From NCBI GenBank assembly GCA_017552515.1, contig JAFZPK010000125.1, positions 1 through 36,035 of the forward strand: DNA of 36,035 bases, written 5' to 3'. Positions within the stretch are counted from its first letter, which is position 1. Each line of letters begins with the position of its first letter. The DNA comes from Deltaproteobacteria bacterium (GTDB lineage: Bacteria > Desulfobacterota > Desulfuromonadia > Desulfuromonadales > JAAYDE01). The notes beneath the pieces were generated by a model. The model was not told where the DNA came from. It saw nothing but the letters and a program-made list of their open reading frames with translations, and did not search any database. Shown here in pieces: positions 9,549 through 16,560 of the stretch. A program made the position numbers and the translations under genes.

Positions 9549-10198
9549 GCCCTTTGCGGCGGGCGCAGGAACCGGCGCAGCTGGTGGTTTTCGCGGCACA
9601 AAACGATTTTCTTGATTCCGGGCGCGAAGCTCTGTGCCGGGCCCTGTTGCCGCCGGAAAAGCTGGAAGCTGTCTTGCGCTACCGGCGGGAACGTGACCGG
9701 CGGCAGCGGCTGCTGGCGCGCCTTTTGCTGGCTCTGGCGCTGCGCCGTCTGGAGGGCTGGCCGGAGCGTCTTGCTCTGGAGCGCCTGGGGCATGAGGCAG
9801 CCGGGCGTCCCTACGTGAGGGGCTGCTCCTGGCGGATCAGTTTCACTCATGCCGGCGAGTGGGTGGTCTGCGCCCTGGGCAAGGCGGTGGGGGAAATCGG
9901 GGTGGATGTGGAACGCATTCGCCCGCTGGACCTGTGGGATTTCCGCCAGATTTTTTCCGCGCGGGAATGGCGGGCCATTCTGGATGCCCCATCGTCCGAA
10001 CGGGAACTCCTTCGCTACTGGACCCTCAAGGAGGCGGTGCTGAAAACGCGCGGCCTGGGGCTGTTGGCAACAGAAGACGAGATCCGCGCGGCGGGTTCCG
10101 GCGCCGAAATCTGGATGCATCTGCCGCTTGCGCCCGGTTACTGGCTGACGGTTGCGGCGCAACGGCCCTGGCGGAAACTCCAGCTGGAAAAGCTCTAA
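9545..10198 (+). CDS. 4'-phosphopantetheinyl transferase, Sfp/EntD type
   Basis: 217 aa with 'FTHAGEWVVCAL...GVDVE' and 'WTLKEAVLKTRGLG'. The ATG overlaps the prc stop (ATGA). Confidence 0.8.
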   Translation: MSPLRRAQEPAQLVVFAAQNDFLDSGREALCRALLPPEKLEAVLRYRRERDRRQRLLARLLLALALRRLEGWPERLALERLGHEAAGRPYVRGCSWRISFTHAGEWVVCALGKAVGEIGVDVERIRPLDLWDFRQIFSAREWRAILDAPSSERELLRYWTLKEAVLKTRGLGLLATEDEIRAAGSGAEIWMHLPLAPGYWLTVAAQRPWRKLQLEKL

Positions 10199-10249
10199 GC
10201 TTCAAAATTTCTTTTTGCCTCGGTACAACTCCTCCCAGCCTTTTCCCTT

Positions 10250-12316
10250 CTAGCTTTCCATGATCTTTTGCAGTTCTTCATCGGGAATCGCAACAATGGC
10301 CCGGACCACATCTTCCGCGAAGGTGCCGCTCTCGGAGGCCATGCGCTGCTTGGCCTCGGCCACGGTCATCGGCGTGCGGTGGGCGCGCTGGCCGGTCATC
10401 GCGCAGAAGACGTTGGCGGCAAACAGGATGCGGGCTTCCGGGAGCATCTCGTCCGGCGTCAGCGGCTTGAGATCCATTGCGGCGCTGTCCAGGACAACAT
10501 GCCCGCCCATCTGGTAGACCACGTCGGCCACCGGCAGCTCGCTCCGGTTGTAGGTAAAGCGGATGCCTTCCAGAAACTGATGGGCATAATAGGGTGCCAT
10601 CCGGACGGTTCTGCGCTCCTCGTCGGTGAAGACGCGCGAGCTGAGCATCAGTTCACGGGGAACAAACAGCTTGCCGATCTGCGAAAGCATGGAGGCCAGC
10701 CGCAGGGTTTCGGCGCTCTTCTCGTCCAGATTCATCTCCTGGACAAGCCGCTGCGCCAGCATTTCAAGATGGCGGGAGCGTCCCTGCAGATAATTGTTTT
10801 CCGGGCCATCCAGCGCGCATTCGATGCAGTGTACCAGTCCGGCCACGCAGCTGAGCTGCCGTTGCCGTTCCTCCTCCGCCTTGCGCATGAAGTCGTCCGT
10901 AATGTCCTTGAAAATGGCGACGCAGTCGCTGGGGGAACTTTTATCTTTGCTGCCATAGAGGGAGTGGAAGGGGAAGACATCCATCTGCAGCAGCCGTTCC
11001 TCGCCGTTGGGGGCGTCAATCCACACTTCCGAGCTGTGCTTTTCCGTGGCCATCGCCTCGTTCACATGTTTCAAGATGTCGGCCTGGCTGCTGTACTTGT
11101 TGACGAAGGCGTCGAAGGCCGGATTGCTCATGGTGAGCGTCTTGCCGCCCTTGATGAGCGCGATGCCGGCTTTTATGGAGGAGTTGACGCTTTCCAGCAC
11201 CTGTTTCTGGTCGTTGATGGTGGTGTAGAGCTTTCTGAAGTGGTTGCCGATCGTGCCGCCGCAGATCAGCCCCAGGAGCAGGGCGATCCCCAGGTCGCCC
11301 AGAATGCCCAGCGTATAGATCTTGCGCTTTTGAGCGTGTTTCCACTGGTCGGTGATCGCCGTGGATTTTTCCATGAAGAGATGCCAGCCGAGTTCCGGGA
11401 ATTTTTCACCCACCGACCATGCGTCATGTTTGGGCGTAATCAGGGAAGGACGTCTGGCAAAGGCGGTCATGCTTCCGATCTTCTCCATGGAGTGGCTGTG
11501 CAGAACGGGCTGCCCGTTTTCCAGATGGACAACCTGTTTGTCGGCCGTGCGGGTATCGACGAGCAGTCCCGGAAGAAATGTCCTGTCTTTCACCTTGCTG
11601 CTGGAGAGGAAGATCCGTATCGGCTCGTCAAGCGGCAGGGAAACCACCAGATAGCCCATGATGGCGCCGGACTCGTTGCTCAGGGCCTGGTACATCGGCT
11701 CCACCGCGGTGACGGCAAGATTTCCTTCCGCCGACATGGATATCGGGCTGAAGATGGTATGACGCTGGGCCGCGGCTTCCCTGATGAGGGCGGCGATATC
11801 GTCCGTTGCGGCTGGTGTTTCCTTTGGCGCGATCAGCGGAAGCGCGTTGAGGTCATAGATGGCCGCAGACTGCCATCCGCGGATGTTGACCGTGTCCTTG
11901 AGCAGGCCGGCAAGATAGTCAAGCTCCATGGTTACGGATTGCAGGGGATGCTCGTCGTTGTCGATCACCTCCTGGGAAATGACCGTTTGCCGCTCTTCCG
12001 GCGAGAGACGGGTGAAGTCCGTCAGGAACAGCTGAAAGGCTTCCGCGCGGCTGACGTGGCGGATCTGATCCTTGATCTTGCTCTCCCAGGCATGAACAGC
12101 TTCCGCCGCGCCGCTGATCCACGCCTGTTCAACCTCGCGCTGCTCGTTGAGCATCTCCTGCTCCGCAAGCCGCAGATGTGTCCGGCAGAAGATGCTGATG
12201 CCCATGCCTGCTATGATGAAAATGAGCAGGGCGGTGATCAGGATGACTTTCTTGGCGGTGTGATACTTCACTTCCATCGTGTTCTTTGCTTTTTCACGAG
12301 TTTGCAGGTCGCTCAT
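10250..12316 (-). CDS. LapD-like transmembrane receptor: TM, ~290-aa periplasmic domain, TM, PAS-like segment, degenerate HD-GYP domain
   Basis: 688 aa. Hydrophobic helices at about residues 23-44 and 335-358. The C-terminus resembles HD-GYP by eye, but 'LHDIGK' is 'LSQIGK', the HHE motif is absent and the GYP motif is absent. SD ggagagga upstream. The antisense 731-aa ORF is low-complexity. Confidence 0.6.
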   Translation of the reverse strand: MSDLQTREKAKNTMEVKYHTAKKVILITALLIFIIAGMGISIFCRTHLRLAEQEMLNEQREVEQAWISGAAEAVHAWESKIKDQIRHVSRAEAFQLFLTDFTRLSPEERQTVISQEVIDNDEHPLQSVTMELDYLAGLLKDTVNIRGWQSAAIYDLNALPLIAPKETPAATDDIAALIREAAAQRHTIFSPISMSAEGNLAVTAVEPMYQALSNESGAIMGYLVVSLPLDEPIRIFLSSSKVKDRTFLPGLLVDTRTADKQVVHLENGQPVLHSHSMEKIGSMTAFARRPSLITPKHDAWSVGEKFPELGWHLFMEKSTAITDQWKHAQKRKIYTLGILGDLGIALLLGLICGGTIGNHFRKLYTTINDQKQVLESVNSSIKAGIALIKGGKTLTMSNPAFDAFVNKYSSQADILKHVNEAMATEKHSSEVWIDAPNGEERLLQMDVFPFHSLYGSKDKSSPSDCVAIFKDITDDFMRKAEEERQRQLSCVAGLVHCIECALDGPENNYLQGRSRHLEMLAQRLVQEMNLDEKSAETLRLASMLSQIGKLFVPRELMLSSRVFTDEERRTVRMAPYYAHQFLEGIRFTYNRSELPVADVVYQMGGHVVLDSAAMDLKPLTPDEMLPEARILFAANVFCAMTGQRAHRTPMTVAEAKQRMASESGTFAEDVVRAIVAIPDEELQKIMES

Positions 12317-12413
12317 CCAAGTCCTCTCCGGTTGGGATTTCTGTCAGCCTTCATTTTTCGAAAAGTCCGGGGCGCCGGAACCGGCACGTATGCTGTTACG
12401 TGCATTTGTCTCT

Positions 12414-13046
12414 TCACAGCCGGGGACGAACCGGGATATGCGCCCAGCGATGCTCCTCGTTGACAGAAAAGTGAAGGGTGTAGCTGTGCAGAAAGGTGTG
12501 CTCCACAATGGCATCGCTCAGGTTGTCCATGAAATAGGCGGTGCCGTCCATATAGACAATAAGCGTGGCGTGGGCGATATCACGGATCGGATCCCTCATG
12601 ACGCCAATCCGCATTTGGGAGATGGGAAAACCCAGCGCCTTCAGCGTAAAATATTTGGTGATGGCGTAATCTTCACAATCGCCGGAGTTCTTGACGAATT
12701 CGTAGGGAGCCTCCCAGTAGTCGTCCCTGCCCCAGACAGACCGATCGGAGCGGTAGGGCTTGCCATTCCAGTACGAATGCACGAAGCGCAGCAGCTCCTT
12801 CCCCTGCATGTGGCTGGCCCGGTCGCGGAAGGTATCCCAGGAGATTTTCTCCTTGCCGTTGAACATGTAGCCGGGTTTGAAGATGGGCTGCCTCATGTTG
12901 CGCTGCATCGTCGCGATCCACACCGGAAGACTGGACAGCGGGCGCTTAAATTCAATCATGCCCATCAGCTTGACGTAGTTGGCGGCCTGGGCCCCGGTTA
13001 TGCCCGCAACAAGGAGGATTATGCAGAAAAAAATACGCGCATGCAC
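12414..13046 (-). CDS. periplasmic transglutaminase-like cysteine protease (BTLCP, LapG-like)
   Basis: 210 aa with a GTG start and SD ggagaagga. Signal peptide '...VAGITGAQA|AN'. Motifs 'SGDCEDYAITKY', 'IAHATLIVY' and 'FMDNL' fit a Cys-His-Asp triad. Confidence 0.8.
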   Translation of the reverse strand: MHARIFFCIILLVAGITGAQAANYVKLMGMIEFKRPLSSLPVWIATMQRNMRQPIFKPGYMFNGKEKISWDTFRDRASHMQGKELLRFVHSYWNGKPYRSDRSVWGRDDYWEAPYEFVKNSGDCEDYAITKYFTLKALGFPISQMRIGVMRDPIRDIAHATLIVYMDGTAYFMDNLSDAIVEHTFLHSYTLHFSVNEEHRWAHIPVRPRL

Positions 13047-13273
13047 CGTTTTTCCTTCTCCGGAAATGTTTTGTATGGCGATGAGAACAGAAAGATTTTT
13101 TCTTGATTATGGAAAAAGTACCATCAGATTTTACGTTTGTGAATTCTGAAAAAAACTTTTGACATTTCGCAAAAAGAGTATTAAGTTAGTTCTGCCTAAC
13201 AATAGAAGGCAATATTGCTGAGCGGAAGTCATGCACGTTGCCAATCATTGAGGTGCTTGAACTTTTATTCCAA

Positions 13274-13390
13274 CAGCCTGCAACCCCCACGCAGGGTATT
13301 TTTCTTTCTCCTTGGCGGGCTTGCCGTCCTGCCGGGCTCTTCCCCAGGAGCGAACTTCAGGAACGGCAGCGACGGCGAGCCCGGTTTTTT
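13274..13390 (+). ncRNA. candidate small RNA / terminator module 1
   Basis: A 5-bp hairpin (cctgc...gcagg) is followed by gggtattt..ctcc. Then comes a 19-bp GC-rich hairpin (13316-13334 / 13364-13383) followed by T6. No coding gene lies upstream on this strand. A possible TTGACA-17-TAAGTT promoter sits at 13159-13187. Confidence 0.35.
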
Positions 13391-13457
13391 GAAAATACCG
13401 TGCGCCGGGGAAAAATTTGAGGAATCGCTTCCCACCCCAAAAGACGGTTCTCTCTCA

Positions 13458-13556
13458 CAGCCTGCAGAAGGCAGGGTATTTCTCCTTGAGGGGGGTCTGC
13501 CGCTCCGTACGTTCTCAAAGGATGGTCTTCCTTGCGGCGGCGGCAGACCCCATTTT
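13458..13556 (+). ncRNA. candidate small RNA / terminator module 2 (homologue of module 1)
   Basis: It has the same 'cagcctgca-loop-gcagggtattt-ctccttg' head. A perfect 12-bp hairpin (13492-13503 / 13540-13551) is followed by T4. Confidence 0.3.
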
Positions 13557-13610
13557 CCGCAAAATCCGGTCAAAAGTGACTGCTCCCCTTTGTTGAACAA
13601 CTGTCAGCCC

Positions 13611-13847
13611 TTACATTATCAACAGCGCGACCAGCAGAATCGCGGCAAGGGCGGACACGAAACCGTGCAGCGCGCACAATACCTTCCACCCTCGCTTCAG
13701 GGCGGCCAATGCGGCCATCCCAAAGAAAAGGCATCCGCACACCGCCGCGCACAACAGGAGAGGTTCCTGCCTGGTCAGCAGGAGTATGGCCAGGACATAG
13801 GCGTAAGACCCTGTTCCCAAAAGGGAAATTAAGAGCGGAATGAACAT
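13611..13847 (-). CDS. small hydrophobic membrane protein (78 aa, about 3 TM)
   Basis: 'MFIPLLISLLGTGSYAYVLAILLL...' begins 5 nt after the stop of the upstream gene. No clear SD, so the call is tentative. Confidence 0.45.
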   Translation of the reverse strand: MFIPLLISLLGTGSYAYVLAILLLTRQEPLLLCAAVCGCLFFGMAALAALKRGWKVLCALHGFVSALAAILLVALLIM

Positions 13848-13852
13848 GATGG

Positions 13853-14500
13853 TCAACGCGCCGTGGTTTTCATGGAGAGAATGGCCCAGGTGTCCTTGCC
13901 GTTCCACCTGCAGGGCCTGGCGGTAGCCTCGAAGGTGCAGGGCCGATCCTCCCTGTCATCGGCGTTGTAAATGTCGCCGGTCATGCGGATGATACCGTCC
14001 TCCTGCATCGCCTGCTTCACCTCGGCATGGTACACGGCCTCGCCGTCCGCTCCCTCGAAGTGATAGAGCTTGCCGTCGAAGTAATAGGGCGGGTCGGATT
14101 GATCGACACTGCGGTGCGTCAGATCGATGTTAAAGTACTTCTTGACGCTTTCCGCCACGGATTTGGCATCAATGACCAGCGAGCCGTGTTCGCAGTCCTT
14201 GACCGGGCATTGCCTGATCTGGCTTTGGTAGTTGTTAAGGTAGTTGTGCCAGATGCCGAAGCGGATCAGGTCCGGGTTCGACGGGTCGCCGCCCAGGTGC
14301 AGGACGTCATCATCCCCGCCTTTTTGAACGTCAAAGTTCATGAATCCGAGCTCGGTGAAGTTGCTGAGGAATGTACTCATCAGCTTGAGCTGCGCCTGGG
14401 AAAAACCGGCCGCCTGGTCGGCTTCCGCCGGGTTTTGCACGGAACAGATCCCCAACGCCAAACAGAACAGCAAGACTTTTCCCCAGAAGTATTTTCTCAT
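13853..14500 (-). CDS. exported hypothetical protein
   Basis: 215 aa. Signal peptide 'MRKYFWGKVLLFCLALGICSVQNPAEA'. SD gaggggga upstream. No family recognised. Confidence 0.65.
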   Translation of the reverse strand: MRKYFWGKVLLFCLALGICSVQNPAEADQAAGFSQAQLKLMSTFLSNFTELGFMNFDVQKGGDDDVLHLGGDPSNPDLIRFGIWHNYLNNYQSQIRQCPVKDCEHGSLVIDAKSVAESVKKYFNIDLTHRSVDQSDPPYYFDGKLYHFEGADGEAVYHAEVKQAMQEDGIIRMTGDIYNADDREDRPCTFEATARPCRWNGKDTWAILSMKTTAR

Positions 14501-14646
14501 TGCCCAATCCCCCTCTCAATTGAGGAACACGCGTTCCATGTTGAAAAACGCCCTTTTGAAATACTATAGTGGACATAAATAGTCGATCTTTAAAGCACCT
14601 TTGAATCTTTTACTGGCTGGCTGCCATGCGAAGAAGGAGAGAGACA

Positions 14647-15153
14647 ATGGCCAAATTCCCCGTGTTCCTGTTCCTCATGCTCTGCCTTGCCATATCTGTT
14701 CCCCGCGCCGAAGAAATCGCGGTAGATCCAGCGGCTCCCACCTATCATAATGCCCGTTTCGGCTTCTCTCTTTCCTGGACGCCGGGGAACTACACGGTGT
14801 CCGAGGCCGAGAACGGCGATGGCATCACCGTCACCGACGGCAAGGGCCTCACCATGCTGGCCTATGCCGCTCTTGATCCGAGAGTTGGTGACGTGACCCG
14901 CGAAGACTTTTTTGCCCGGGCCAACCGTAAAAAGGCCGCATACAGACGCGTCAACCGGCAGGAGGGGTGGTATGTTCTTTCCTATGTGGAGAACGGCAAC
15001 ATTGTCTACATCAAGCAATTCTATCATGAGGACCACTGGCCCACACTGCGTTTCGAATATCCGCAGTCCATGAAGCAGCAGTACGACCAGTTGGTCACAA
15101 AGGCGGTATCCACATTCCAGCCTTTCTTGTGCGATGGAGAATGTCTGCCGTGA
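14647..15153 (+). CDS. exported hypothetical protein
   Basis: 168 aa starting at 'MAKFPVFLFLMLCLAISVPRAEE'. A strong SD (aaggagag) lies 5 nt upstream. No family recognised. Confidence 0.65.
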   Translation: MAKFPVFLFLMLCLAISVPRAEEIAVDPAAPTYHNARFGFSLSWTPGNYTVSEAENGDGITVTDGKGLTMLAYAALDPRVGDVTREDFFARANRKKAAYRRVNRQEGWYVLSYVENGNIVYIKQFYHEDHWPTLRFEYPQSMKQQYDQLVTKAVSTFQPFLCDGECLP

Positions 15154-15302
15154 AGAATGAACGGGAGATGAAAAGGGCAGCCTAAAGCGGTGGTTTCCAA
15201 TGCGATTTTGCCGGGCCTGTTCCCGGCTGCTGTACAAAATGGGCCTGCTTTGTTTACGACAGGCGGATTTTTGTAAACTTTAGGGGAAAAAAGGAGAGTG
15301 CC

Positions 15303-15896
15303 ATGCCCGACTTCGTCAACATGACTTCTGTTGAAGCGCTCAGATACGCAAAACAGGAGAGCGGAAAAACCGCGGAAGAAATAGCCGACGTGCGGGATCA
15401 GCACCTCCGTGGTCAGCAGGTATCTCCGGCTGGAGAACAACTACAGCCCCAGCCTGGAAATCCTTCCCAAACTGTGCGCGGCAATTGGGAAATACCCTCA
15501 TCCTTGACTGGCTTACGGCCCAGACAGGCAAGAAAACCCATATTGAGCCCGCGAAGAGCAGGGCCGAAGTATTTACCTCCGTTTCAAGGGCAATGGTCGC
15601 ACTCGGCGAAGTCAGCAAGATTCTTATCGCGACGGACGGCTGCGGCATTAACTCCGATAGGGCAAAGGACATCCGGGGGGCTATCGAGGAAGTAAAAAAA
15701 GCCTGCGAACTTGCGGTCCATCCAATCGTCACCATCGGTTCGGTGCGGGAAGCGCTGAATCTGAGCGCAAGCACGGCCCGTCGGAGCATTTAACGATCTT
15801 ATAGACATGGGCATTCTGCAAGAAACTACCCGTCAGGCGAGAAACCGTGTTTTCGCGTATGAGGCGTATCTGTCCATTCTGCGCAAAGGCACGTAA
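15303..15896 (+). pseudogene. frameshifted phage CII/XRE-type regulator joined to a Fic-family C-terminal remnant
   Basis: Frame 0 gives 'MTSVEALRYAKQESGKTAEEIADV'. Frame +1 gives the HTH 'GISTSVVSRYLRLENNYSPSLEILPKLCAA'. Frame +2 gives 'LGNTLILDWLTAQTGKK...SRAMVALGEVSKIL...'. After another shift near 15780 the reading is 'FNDLIDMGILQETTRQARNRVFAYEAYLSILRKGT*', which resembles the wHTH tail of Fic proteins. Confidence 0.5.
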
Positions 15897-15906
15897 GGGA
15901 GAAAAA

Positions 15907-15960
15907 ACAATGCCCTGCAAAGTTCCCAAAGCCTTGCGGGACATTGTTTTTCTTTTTTTT
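15907..15960 (+). terminator. intrinsic terminator hairpin (left copy of an 18-nt repeat)
   Basis: acaatgccctgcaa / ttgcgggacattgt stem followed by a long T tract. Confidence 0.6.
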
Positions 15961-16097
15961 CACATCATTGAAAGAAGCATTCTATTTCTGAATGGCTACC
16001 GTCATTCGTCCCCTATCACAGATGGGAGCTTAACAGCACAACATTGTTCAAAGATCCATCCCATCTCCGAATGACTGGGCGAATTTAAAAACTAAAA

Positions 16098-16176
16098 AAC
16101 TAAATTTATAGTTGACACCAAAAAACTAATTTTGTAGATATATGTCTTGACAGCAACACGATTGCCGCCCTATGAA
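16098..16176 (+). promoter_or_regulatory. ArsR-gene promoter region with two operator-like inverted repeats
   Basis: P1 is TTGACA (16112-17), 17 nt, TAGATA (16135-40). P2 is TTGACA (16147-52), 18 nt, TATGAA (16171-76). The inverted repeats are AACTA-N6-TAGTT (16098-16113) and AACTA-N6-TAGAT (16124-16139). Confidence 0.4.
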
Positions 16177-16184
16177 TCGCAGAC

Positions 16185-16520
16185 ATGAACAGACATTATC
16201 TCACCAACATGCCTTCGGAATGGGACAAGATCGCGCAGATCTTTGCGGCACTGGGTGACGAAACCCGCCAAAAGATCCTGCTGCTGTTTGAGCCGGGGGA
16301 ATCCATCAGCCGCAAGACCATCAGCGAGCTTTTACCGCTGAGCCAGACGGCGGTGGCGCATCACCTGACCACGCTGGTACGCACCGGACTGCTGATTCCT
16401 GCTCGGCACGGCAAGGAGATCTATTACACACTGGATCTGGAACGGTTGATCGATGCACTGGACCAGGTTCGCATTTACGCCGCGGACATGTTGGAGAAAA
16501 CAAAGGAACTGTCCTCCTGA
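16185..16520 (+). CDS. ArsR/SmtB-family winged-helix transcriptional regulator (no cysteines)
   Basis: 111 aa with 'FAALGDETRQKILLLF...ISELLPLSQTAVAHHLTTLVRTGLL...GKEIYYTL'. No SD, so the mRNA may be leaderless from P2. Confidence 0.85.
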   Translation: MNRHYLTNMPSEWDKIAQIFAALGDETRQKILLLFEPGESISRKTISELLPLSQTAVAHHLTTLVRTGLLIPARHGKEIYYTLDLERLIDALDQVRIYAADMLEKTKELSS

Positions 16521-16560
16521 ATTTTCCTCCCGCACGCACCGCGCCACAAGGAGGAAGGTA

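Noticed and set aside
10268-12463. 731-aa plus-strand ORF
   Set aside because: It is antisense to the LapD-like gene and runs across the intergenic gap into the BTLCP gene. It is low-complexity with no TM or domain logic. The minus strand has an SD, TM helices and PAS/HD-GYP-like features.
13100-13610. c-di-GMP riboswitch in the long gap upstream of the LapG-like gene
   Set aside because: Neither strand shows the conserved GEMM-I/II core strings that I can recall. The obvious hairpins are oriented as plus-strand terminators, not as a minus-strand leader. A cmscan would be needed for certainty.
13215-13832. 205-aa plus-strand ORF (and the 60-aa ORF at 13238-13420)
   Set aside because: It reads straight through two strong intrinsic terminator hairpins and overlaps the minus-strand membrane-protein gene. 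It has no SD and is Pro/Gly/Arg-rich.
15847-16074. 75-aa plus-strand ORF
   Set aside because: It starts inside the Fic-remnant region, reads through the 15907-15960 terminator hairpin and T tract, and has no SD.
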